Virus record (IMG/VR): IMGVR_UViG_3300034102_003113
Strand: one strand, 5' to 3'
DNA from: a virus
DNA: 64,000 bases
In this document: positions 25,371-33,306 of the stretch, piece after piece
How positions within the stretch are numbered: the stretch's first letter is position 1
How the letters are laid out: every line of letters begins with the position of its first letter
Notes under the pieces: generated by a model
Database searches by the model: none
What the model was told of the DNA's origin: nothing
Seen by the model: only the letters and a program-made list of their open reading frames with translations
Position numbers and translations under genes: made by a program

Positions 25371-25904
25371 AGTTTGATTTTTTCCTAAGTGTTCTTTAAA
25401 CGAAATAGAAGACTCCCCTTCGGAGGGGGTGAATGTGATAGTCTCTGAATCAGAAATTTCAGAAAAAGCGGTTAGCCCTTTAACCGCTGGGATTGATACC
25501 AATCCAAGGTGACGAAGGGCTAAGTTCCCAGGTGTGGGATTTGTTTCCGCATCTGGTAAGTAGAAAGAACTACTTACTTTCTTAAAAACTCCATCTCGTA
25601 TTAGGTTTTCGGCCTTAGGGGTAAGTTCGACCTTACCCCAAAGCTCTTTTCCTTTTCTCCAGACTTTACGTACCCAACCAAGAGCAGGAGTTCCGTCATC
25701 TTGATCGTGACCGATAATCAACGGAGCTTCATGCTTATCAGGGTTGTATGTATTAACAACCTGCTCTAGATCCCCCTCTGTAAAGACCATTTTCTGGCCA
25801 GTAGAGGAGATCTGAGGGCCCGCTCTGAACATTTCGATAAAAACAACCTTTTTCGGTTGTTGAGATGAGAGGGGCTCTTTAGAATTGAGTACGTGTTCTT
25901 TCAT
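23970..25904 (-). CDS. Mu-like prohead protease fused to an acidic scaffold
   Basis: EMFRAG, APLIIGH, PALGWV, KKVSSSFY, LRHLGL..PAVKGL protease domain followed by an acidic/coiled-coil region. Confidence 0.85.
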   Translation of the reverse strand: MKEHVLNSKEPLSSQQPKKVVFIEMFRAGPQISSTGQKMVFTEGDLEQVVNTYNPDKHEAPLIIGHDQDDGTPALGWVRKVWRKGKELWGKVELTPKAENLIRDGVFKKVSSSFYLPDAETNPTPGNLALRHLGLVSIPAVKGLTAFSEISDSETITFTPSEGESSISFKEHLGKNQTMARKKTKTETPASVIEHSEGGMTVNINIGGGKSGANVYDDSGNKVSETGAPADYEMDYGMDAEMPPTDPMMSMADDSTEDGGDMPPTDGEDSDMPMDGPDDGAGDGEDSDSDMSPMDGDGSDDAGDVGDADGEMPPTEPSEDGGDEGPEMETDDVSGDMQDDDQKIAQLASEYEIDELIKALALKTDAASMMEGGDMSYGEMPEGLKKAIEAKKEGKDGEEDEEKKVEDMGETVKEGEKPSEAEHPTSEEVKGAEEPKGEQTYAEEEAEETEVSDNGEGCKDYEEDEEEKKKSDMAEETTTEEATGTLDHSESAMGVQGNLQARVAELEEELARQKKLMREKEISDFCETLYEGGKLTQQIVPKTDLVRFMETLNNKNSVNFSESGKTSQFDFFRNVLENLPSMVSFEEFATQASAPAAKKSIMPSADGYIYDPSTADLHAQALEYAESKGVDYTIALKAIISDNS

Positions 25905-25907
25905 TTA

Positions 25908-28900
25908 TCAGAAAACTGATGTAGTATTAAGGAGATAATTAAATCTCTCCTCGTTTCTGGAGAATGAATCGCTCAGTTGAGCAACTTGTCCTGCAGGCGT
26001 TCTTACAATAGTAACGAGTAGGCGCTCTAGGGTCGGGCTTGTAGCCACGTATACGTCGAGTCTTACAGAACCTCTTTCAAGGTCTTCGTTAGCATTGTTA
26101 GCCGATGAGCAGACCACAAGATAGGCCTGTTCAGGTCTCGAGCCAAATAGGGCTCCTTGACGGAAGAATTGTCCGCATACCTGAGAGGCAATGGACTTAA
26201 CTCTTGCATAGACAGTACCCGCTGAGTCAATCTGCTCAAATAGGATGTCATCAAAGCTACGTCCTAGGACGTCAATGAGAACGTTAAGGATCGCGCGAGT
26301 ATTAACAAATTTAAACAGAGGATTGCTAGAGAGGGTTCTAGCTCCCCAAGTTACGATGCCACGATTAGGAAGTGAACGGATTGGGTTCAGACCTAGTGCG
26401 TAAGTAACTTCTTGTTGCTGAGCTGAAATCTCAAACTTCAGACCAGCAGCTCCACGAAGAGGGTAACGAGCACCTGCAGGAGGTTGTTGGAAACCTTCAT
26501 TGATATATCTTGAGCAGGCAATACCAGCTACATAGCTCGAAGGAGCAATATAACGATCATCAAGGTTCTTGACATATGGGGCATAGTATGCACCATGGCC
26601 GTAAGGCACTCCGGCGATTGACTTGAGATAATCAAGTTCATCTTGGACGTTTGTGAGAGAGATCTCATCAGCTCCGCAGTCAATTAGAGCAATGTGTTGA
26701 GTTCCAACAATTCCCTCGGTAGGACCAAGTTTGCCTTCGGCAGCCTTGATAAGAGCCTGAGTGACTTTAACCCGTTCTTGACGAGCTTCGGCTTTACTTG
26801 CCAAATCACCACCGGCCTCGTAGGTGAGTACGGTATAAGCTTCAGGAGCAAAAACAAATCCAGGGGCAAGAATTCTTGAATCCATACCTTGCTCGATTGC
26901 GTAGACAAAGTCATTTGCCTTAGCAGTCTGAGTGTACTTGTAGGACTCATAACCAGGGTTCTGATCAACAGAAACCAGCTTAATAACATTAGAGTCGGGT
27001 AATCCTGCTCTTGTAGTACCTGGGTTTACAGGTGAACTAATGCCATTGCGGGAAGTAATCTTTACCTTCAAGATGTACTCATGTGAGTAGAATCCGTTAG
27101 GAATAGATTTGTCCAAGGCGTATGAAGCTCCTGCAGCAATAGTGATATTTGCTGGAGTTACTGTGGCAGTGTCATCATCTGCTACGTTAGTAACAGTAAA
27201 TCTGATACCATTAGCAGTAAATACATCACCTTCTGCGAGTTCAGTAGTAAACTCTGTGAGGGTTCCAGTTACTGTTCCTGCGCTAACAGCAATAGTTCCA
27301 GTAAGTGCAATATCAGCAAGTTCTGGACGAAGGTAAGGAGTTCCGGCATCGGCAGTTAGAAGGGCTACCTGGTGGCCATTATTAGGAACGTGGACATTGC
27401 CTGAAACATTAGTCTCAGAAGCAATAGTCTCTACCTCATAATATCCATCGAGTTCCTTCTCGGTAAGAATGGCTTGGATTTGATCTCTAAGCCCTTCAGC
27501 TAACTCATCAGGAGTAGCTCCGTTTACGATGATTACTCTATCTTCTCCAGCAACATTCACATAGAATGCTTGGACTGAGTCGGGAAGGTATCCTGTACGG
27601 GTTGTTACATTACCAAGTGTAGTTACCTCACCGCTTGGAACGGCATCTTGACCACCACTCTGAACCTTAGAGAAGGTAGTTGTACCTAGATCATATCTCC
27701 AGTAAGCAGCACTGGCATTAGCCCAAGATGTAGGAGCAGTGTTTCCGGTGGATAGATCCTTAGAAACTGCAACAATTTTATCATCGGGGATAGATGCAGC
27801 GTTAGCGTAGACATTCTGGTCAATAAGGAAAGCCTTGACAATGCTTGATTGCTCAGTGGCAGGGTTATAGGCAAGTTTTCTTACAGTAACAGCAGCTCCA
27901 GGAGCACCGGTGAAGTTAACCGCACCACCACCAAGAGTAGATTCTAGCTTGATTACATTTCCGGTCTTATTAACAACGTAATATACCGAGTTTAATGTAA
28001 GGCTCAATGTGCCAACATTTGTAGTCTCAAGAACAACTTTGTCGCCATTTGCAAGTCCAGTTGAACTATCTAAGGTGATAGTGTCTGCAAGTGCGTCAAA
28101 GGCAGTAGTTCCAGCGTTATAAGTGGTTGAACTCTCAAGCAGGAAGGAACTTAGTTGACTTCCAGATACGAAAAGTACACCTTCTCCGGTGGCTTGATCT
28201 CTAGAAACACAACGGAAGTTAATTTCTTTAACCGAAGTGTAGAACTTAACGACGCTTTGTGTGTTAAGATTTAGAGGAGAGGCATAATTTGTATCACTAA
28301 ATTGATAAGCAACAAATCTTTCTACCTGCGGAAGACTTCTTGTATCTCTTGAGAAGATTCTAAATTTACCCTGAGTTGCCTCAGTAACGTTTTGCTCAAT
28401 ACGGTAGTAATCAGCGAAACTATCGCCATTCCCTGCAAGGAAGAGATATAGATCGCGAGCATTATCAACAGCATCAAGAGCAGTTGTGGTGATCACACGG
28501 ATCTCATCACCATCTACATCATTTACTCCGATAGGGGTTCCAAAGTATCTGCCATTGATCTTAAGAGCAAAGGCGTTATATCCAGCACCAGCACCAGAGG
28601 CGGCAATGTCAATAACAGTCTCAGGAGTTGGAGTTACTCTTGTAAAATAAAGAATACCATTAACACCTACGTTATCAAAGAAGGCTCTTACAGCATCGTA
28701 AGATGCAGTAGCTCCTTTATTTCCTACGGGAACATTTCCACCAACCTTTTCAAGGTAATCGGCTACAGAACCGACTTGGGTTGGGGCGTAAGGCTCCAGA
28801 GCGGAATAGGCATTAATAGCATCCTCTCCATAATAATCTTCGGTGGGAGTTGTACCAAAGACATATCCCACTGCATGTGTAGCGATGGGTTGCGGAAGAG

Positions 28901-28976
28901 AGCCAGTTGTTGTTTGAGCAACAAAGACTCCCGGCCTATTCAATGTCGCGGCATTGATTCTGATTGGATTGGCCAT
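25908..28976 (-). CDS. Contractile tail sheath protein with inserted domains
   Basis: RPGVFV N-terminus; PPAG, LNPIRSLPNRGIVTWGARTLS, FVNTR, LFEQ, AYLVVCS..NN C-terminal sheath motifs. Confidence 0.9.
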   Translation of the reverse strand: MANPIRINAATLNRPGVFVAQTTTGSLPQPIATHAVGYVFGTTPTEDYYGEDAINAYSALEPYAPTQVGSVADYLEKVGGNVPVGNKGATASYDAVRAFFDNVGVNGILYFTRVTPTPETVIDIAASGAGAGYNAFALKINGRYFGTPIGVNDVDGDEIRVITTTALDAVDNARDLYLFLAGNGDSFADYYRIEQNVTEATQGKFRIFSRDTRSLPQVERFVAYQFSDTNYASPLNLNTQSVVKFYTSVKEINFRCVSRDQATGEGVLFVSGSQLSSFLLESSTTYNAGTTAFDALADTITLDSSTGLANGDKVVLETTNVGTLSLTLNSVYYVVNKTGNVIKLESTLGGGAVNFTGAPGAAVTVRKLAYNPATEQSSIVKAFLIDQNVYANAASIPDDKIVAVSKDLSTGNTAPTSWANASAAYWRYDLGTTTFSKVQSGGQDAVPSGEVTTLGNVTTRTGYLPDSVQAFYVNVAGEDRVIIVNGATPDELAEGLRDQIQAILTEKELDGYYEVETIASETNVSGNVHVPNNGHQVALLTADAGTPYLRPELADIALTGTIAVSAGTVTGTLTEFTTELAEGDVFTANGIRFTVTNVADDDTATVTPANITIAAGASYALDKSIPNGFYSHEYILKVKITSRNGISSPVNPGTTRAGLPDSNVIKLVSVDQNPGYESYKYTQTAKANDFVYAIEQGMDSRILAPGFVFAPEAYTVLTYEAGGDLASKAEARQERVKVTQALIKAAEGKLGPTEGIVGTQHIALIDCGADEISLTNVQDELDYLKSIAGVPYGHGAYYAPYVKNLDDRYIAPSSYVAGIACSRYINEGFQQPPAGARYPLRGAAGLKFEISAQQQEVTYALGLNPIRSLPNRGIVTWGARTLSSNPLFKFVNTRAILNVLIDVLGRSFDDILFEQIDSAGTVYARVKSIASQVCGQFFRQGALFGSRPEQAYLVVCSSANNANEDLERGSVRLDVYVATSPTLERLLVTIVRTPAGQVAQLSDSFSRNEERFNYLLNTTSVF

Positions 28977-29039
28977 AGAGGTTTGAAGACACTATATCTT
29001 TCACTATTATCCTTAAACAAACGTCGGATTATAACTTGT

Positions 29040-29282
29040 TTATATTGTTACGTCTTTTTTATAGAGAATAAATAACTCGTTCATAAGCCAATCAGGACAA
29101 GAACTATGCCCACAGCGCTTATACTCAAGGAGTTTCATTGACTTACGAAGAATTTTATTAAAATCGTTGGTATCAACGTATCTTGCGCAAACTTTTACAA
29201 AAGAATTTAATTCTACTTGGTCTTGCTCGATGCAGATAGAGCATAAAATAAGGATGAGTTTTAGCTTATCTGAATCAGTCAT
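29040..29282 (-). CDS. Hypothetical protein
   Basis: Coupled to the upstream ORF. Confidence 0.6.
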   Translation of the reverse strand: MTDSDKLKLILILCSICIEQDQVELNSFVKVCARYVDTNDFNKILRKSMKLLEYKRCGHSSCPDWLMNELFILYKKDVTI

Positions 29283-29730
29283 TATTTTTTATTGAGTCCA
29301 CCGCTTCTCTATGGATTTGAGTCATTGCAATAAATTTTGTCATAGGGACTTTTTCCATGTCGAGCACATTCATAAAGGACCCATTTTGAATGCCATAACA
29401 GGCCTTCAACCAAGAGTACTTAGGGATGTAATTGCATAAAATATGTTCTTTGATGCAATTAAAGATCTTGATAATTGTTTTTTGTGTTAAGACTCCAGAA
29501 CTAATCCCGTCTAAATTGAGATAGTCAATTATCCTCTGGATATCTTCAAATGAAACTCTTTTTTGCTCTTCTTTTAGATCCTCACCTTCGTTATCTAGAA
29601 TCACATCAAAATATTCTAGGTCTTCTCCGGTTATGTCTCTGAAGTTTATTTCTCTTCCTCTTTGGTCTCTTACCGTGATTGTGTAATCGTAATTGCGGAT
29701 TACTTCAAAATCACTGTTCTCCATCTCCAC
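29275..29730 (-). CDS. Hypothetical protein, possible tail assembly chaperone
   Basis: INFRDITGEDL resembles the LKEPSADDL segment of its neighbour. Confidence 0.45.
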   Translation of the reverse strand: MEMENSDFEVIRNYDYTITVRDQRGREINFRDITGEDLEYFDVILDNEGEDLKEEQKRVSFEDIQRIIDYLNLDGISSGVLTQKTIIKIFNCIKEHILCNYIPKYSWLKACYGIQNGSFMNVLDMEKVPMTKFIAMTQIHREAVDSIKNND

Positions 29731-30064
29731 CTAATCCTAAGAGTTGGTTGATTGCTTCACCCAACATCTTGAGTTGTTTGGCGCGGAGTCTTTTAGCATC
29801 CTTCAACGATAACCGTCTTTGTCCGCTGGAAGGGGCATGGAGGATACAGATAGTTTGCAAAGTAGCCTCTACTTCAGAGATTTTTCTATCTTCTGAAATA
29901 CGCGAGATCTCAATAAGATCATCGGCTGAAGGTTCTTTTAGGCATAAAAACTTTCCAGGAGCGATCTCTACTGGAATAACTTCAGGCTCACCAAAATCAA
30001 ACGCGTCCTCTTCGAACGAACTCGTGTCCTCTAGGGTACCCCGAGACATTTTGCTTACTGCCAT
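29711..30064 (-). CDS. Probable tail assembly chaperone
   Basis: LCLKEPSADDL...AINQLL pattern; GTTTAAAG 22 nt upstream. Confidence 0.5.
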   Translation of the reverse strand: MAVSKMSRGTLEDTSSFEEDAFDFGEPEVIPVEIAPGKFLCLKEPSADDLIEISRISEDRKISEVEATLQTICILHAPSSGQRRLSLKDAKRLRAKQLKMLGEAINQLLGLGGDGEQ

Positions 30065-30086
30065 TGTGTTTATATAGTGTCCTTTT

Positions 30087-30108
30087 CTTTAAACCCTTTT
30101 GTTTAAAT
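30087..30108. promoter_or_regulatory. Back-to-back divergent GTTTAAA(G/T) motifs
   Basis: - copy 30087-30094 and + copy 30101-30108 between divergent genes. Confidence 0.6.
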
Positions 30109-30121
30109 TTAAGATAGATAG

Positions 30122-30529
30122 ATGGGGTATAGCGTGGCAGTAAATAACAATCCCTATGAGGCTTGGCAGAAACTCCGCCAAAATTCCGATTATAGATCTA
30201 CAGATACTCAGATAAATTCTCTGGTTCGTCAGCAACTCTCCCAGGATGAGTATCTGCGATCTTCAAACAGAGTTAATTCTGGCCCTAGACAGACAACTCG
30301 AGTTAACATGGCAAAAAATTCTCCCCAATCTCCCCATGTTTTAGCACCTGAGGATATGTGGGGTTGGCAAAACTGGGCCAATGCTCCGTCATCTGCTCAA
30401 TCAAGTTTGGCAACAGGATTAAAAGAAGAAAATACATCTACTGATATTCCAGGAGCTTCTTACCCTCCAGGTTATAATGTTGGAGGAATGTCTGGTGGAT
30501 GTAGTTCATGTAGACGTAGGAGATATTAA
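30122..30529 (+). CDS. Hypothetical protein
   Basis: 135 aa with C-terminal GGCSSCRRRRY. Confidence 0.65.
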   Translation: MGYSVAVNNNPYEAWQKLRQNSDYRSTDTQINSLVRQQLSQDEYLRSSNRVNSGPRQTTRVNMAKNSPQSPHVLAPEDMWGWQNWANAPSSAQSSLATGLKEENTSTDIPGASYPPGYNVGGMSGGCSSCRRRRY

Positions 30530-30840
30530 TGACTTATAAACGCAAACCACGTAATCAAAAAATGGAAGATCAGGATCAGTCCTTTCAGGAAAATATTACA
30601 GAAGAAAAAAATCTTCCCACAGTAGAGGAAGTAGAAGAAAATATTAGAAAAGTTATTGAGATCGACAAGATGCTTGAAGAAACACTTGAAAAGCTTGAGG
30701 CTCTACAATCCATCTCACAACCACCAGCACCCACTGGAAAGGTATTTATTGGCGAAGAGGATAAGCGCTTATTTAAAAAGTTCAATCAACATATAATTAA
30801 GAAACTCGGGATCTCTGGAAACCGGTCTTTTAAGTTGTGA
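30529..30840 (+). CDS. Hypothetical protein
   Basis: AGGAG RBS, TAATG-coupled. Confidence 0.6.
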   Translation: MTYKRKPRNQKMEDQDQSFQENITEEKNLPTVEEVEENIRKVIEIDKMLEETLEKLEALQSISQPPAPTGKVFIGEEDKRLFKKFNQHIIKKLGISGNRSFKL

Positions 30841-30867
30841 TATAATTGTATCAGAGATAACAATTTT

Positions 30868-31278
30868 ATGAAACCTGAGCTTATCGATGCTTACATGGAT
30901 ATTGCGGAGAGATTCGCTCAGGTCTCTAAATGTGAGAGGTTGAAAGTTGGTGCTATCATTGTTAAAAATGGTAGCATTCTAGCTCATGGGTGGAATGGAA
31001 CCCCGAGTGGTTACAGGACTAATTGTTGTGAGGATGAAAATGGTGTGACATCTCCATTTGTTCTCCACGCTGAGCAAAATGTCCTAGTTAAGATGGCAAA
31101 GTCTACGGAGTCTATTGAAGGGGCAGAATTATTCTGCACTCATTCGCCATGTTCAGAATGCTCAAAGCTTTTAGCGCAGAGTGGGATTAAAAAGGTCTAC
31201 TTTAAGCATAGATATCGAATCACTGAAGGCATTGATGTACTTAATGCTTTAGGTGTAGAGACTCAAGAGGTCCCATGA
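30868..31278 (+). CDS. dCMP deaminase family protein
   Basis: SKC.RLKVGAII, GWNGTP, HAEQN, PCSEC zinc motifs; TGATATAAT promoter at 30838-30846. Confidence 0.92.
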   Translation: MKPELIDAYMDIAERFAQVSKCERLKVGAIIVKNGSILAHGWNGTPSGYRTNCCEDENGVTSPFVLHAEQNVLVKMAKSTESIEGAELFCTHSPCSECSKLLAQSGIKKVYFKHRYRITEGIDVLNALGVETQEVP

Positions 31279-31637
31279 ACTTTAACACCCAAGAAGAAAA
31301 AGAAGCACTTAAACAGTCACTTCTCAACACAGAGGACCTTAATGAAACTCTGGAATGCCTAGAACACGTTTTAATCCATAGGACTCCATTTGCCTTGTAT
31401 GTTGCAACAGCGGATAGGTCTGATTGCATGTGGATTTTTGACCCAGAAACTGTCTATCAGATGGTAGGTGGGGAAAAGAAATATAAAAGCGTATATGAAG
31501 AGATGTTCCCTATTGAGGAGGTTGAGTCTATTGGTGTTGTATTTTTTATATTAAAAAAAGTCGGACCTTTATACTCGATCCGACTTGATATTGAGGTTAT
31601 AGAAGAAGTTATTGCTGAGTTATACGAAAATATTTAG
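31275..31637 (+). CDS. Hypothetical protein
   Basis: GAGGT RBS, ATGA-coupled. Confidence 0.65.
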   Translation: MNFNTQEEKEALKQSLLNTEDLNETLECLEHVLIHRTPFALYVATADRSDCMWIFDPETVYQMVGGEKKYKSVYEEMFPIEEVESIGVVFFILKKVGPLYSIRLDIEVIEEVIAELYENI

Positions 31638-32498
31638 TTTCTGTAAGGCAAAGATAATCTCGTTCGTTTTCTTTGCAAGAAGTCTATTAATATCTCGTTT
31701 GAAAGATGATCCAGCATTCACTGTTTTGTTAGTTGGTGTAACAGACATTTTAACACTAGGCGTTGTAGTATCAAAGGCTCTTACTTGAAACTCCACGTCC
31801 AATCCGGCAGCATCCTTAGCAATAAAGATATCACCAACAACCAACTCGGTAAAGAAATCTGTACTTGTACCAGTTACTGCGCCAGCAGAAATGCCGATTG
31901 TACCCGAGTAGTACATTGAGTTTTGCTCAATCTCAAGTGCATCTACTACCTCTGTAGGCACTTCTACAACTGGGGTTTCTAACGCAGACACTCTAGATGA
32001 GAGAGTTTGAATATCTACGTCATGAATAGAAACTCTATCCAAGAGACTATTTTGATTGATAGTAAGTTCTTGGATTTTTTCTCTTTCACTAGAGATATTA
32101 CTCTGTAGATTTTCCTCAAGGGAATTTATATCATCCTCAAGGAGCTGAAATGCTGTCTCAAGATTAGAGATGGATGTGGAAGTAGCTTCGGAAAGAGCAG
32201 ATTGGGCAGAAGCGATAGCGGTGGTAAAAATTCTTAGATCGCGAACTTTTGCGTATGTTCTGTCTCCGTAACGTACGTTAAGTACGCCCATTTCTGTAGT
32301 AGGATCAACAGCCTCGACTAGACTAACACCAAGTTTGAGTCCGCTTTTAACTCCACTACCATCCTCTACAAAGATTGTTCCTTCTGTTGTAAGTCCGTCT
32401 TGAGAGAGGACTTCTCCGGTTGTTGAGATTTCTTGCCTGGAGATGTTAAGCAGTCCCCCTGCATAATCCTCAATAAATCTAAAACGTAGGTCAGCCAT
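31620..32498 (-). CDS. Coiled-coil structural protein with a beta-domain shared with the sheath
   Basis: Central heptads; C-terminal GTIGISAGAVTGTSTDFFTEL..GD domain. Confidence 0.65.
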   Translation of the reverse strand: MADLRFRFIEDYAGGLLNISRQEISTTGEVLSQDGLTTEGTIFVEDGSGVKSGLKLGVSLVEAVDPTTEMGVLNVRYGDRTYAKVRDLRIFTTAIASAQSALSEATSTSISNLETAFQLLEDDINSLEENLQSNISSEREKIQELTINQNSLLDRVSIHDVDIQTLSSRVSALETPVVEVPTEVVDALEIEQNSMYYSGTIGISAGAVTGTSTDFFTELVVGDIFIAKDAAGLDVEFQVRAFDTTTPSVKMSVTPTNKTVNAGSSFKRDINRLLAKKTNEIIFALQKLNIFV

Positions 32499-33306
32499 AG
32501 TATTCTTTAATCAGAGATTCTTCAAGATTGGTGGTAAAAAATGCGTACATTTGAGGAGGGATAATCGAAGCAGGAGGCGGATTGTCCCAAAGCACTAACC
32601 AATTATTACATAATAACATTCTTATTTTTGAGGCAACTCTTCTATTCCCCCAATCGATCTCACTCCCTCTCATATCGAGAATCGTCTCATATTGCTTTCT
32701 AAACATTGAAAATTGAGCGTTAGACGAAGCAGTGTATGTTGGCCTAAAGTCCCGAAGAAGCCGTTCTTGTAAAGCCGATGAGAGATTGCAATTTTTTGCA
32801 ATAAGTGCTTTGATAGATCGATTGTTACCTAGATTAATAACATCTAATGCTTGACAGTTTGAGATATTAAGCACCTCAAGTTGAGGAGCATCATGGATAA
32901 AAACTCCTCTCATGCTTTTATTACCTTCAAGGTTAATGTGCTTCAAACCATTTCTTGTTAGGTTGAAATTAGCATGAACTAATTTGTTTTTTTGCAAATT
33001 AATTCGCTCGATCTTGGGATCTATGAGTTTATTTGAGTTTGCATCAATCCAGTGATCCTCCCAGGTAAGAATATCCTGATTGGTTAGTTTTAGTTCTTTA
33101 AGTGGACCACTATATCTTCCGTCAATACCCACCTCTAACAGAAATGAGTCTGTCATCTGCTTGTAAAGTTTCGCCGAATTGTTTACATAAGACAAAGACG
33201 GGTCAGGTAAATCTAGATAATTGAAGTTTTCAGATAATTTTAGTCCGAAAGACAACGTTTTTACATCTTTTGATGCTACTTTAAAAAATGAGTGAAGTTT
33301 TTTCAT
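32491..33306 (-). CDS. Leucine-rich repeat protein
   Basis: LKELKLTNQ, IERINLQKN, LKHINLEGN, LEVLNISNC, LDVINLGNN, IKALIAKNC repeats. Confidence 0.75.
   Translation of the reverse strand: MKKLHSFFKVASKDVKTLSFGLKLSENFNYLDLPDPSLSYVNNSAKLYKQMTDSFLLEVGIDGRYSGPLKELKLTNQDILTWEDHWIDANSNKLIDPKIERINLQKNKLVHANFNLTRNGLKHINLEGNKSMRGVFIHDAPQLEVLNISNCQALDVINLGNNRSIKALIAKNCNLSSALQERLLRDFRPTYTASSNAQFSMFRKQYETILDMRGSEIDWGNRRVASKIRMLLCNNWLVLWDNPPPASIIPPQMYAFFTTNLEESLIKEYYG

Noticed and set aside
29275-30064. Programmed frameshift between two tail-chaperone-like ORFs
   Set aside because: No X-XXY-YYZ slippery site seen near the overlap; the second ORF has its own ATG with a purine-rich upstream sequence
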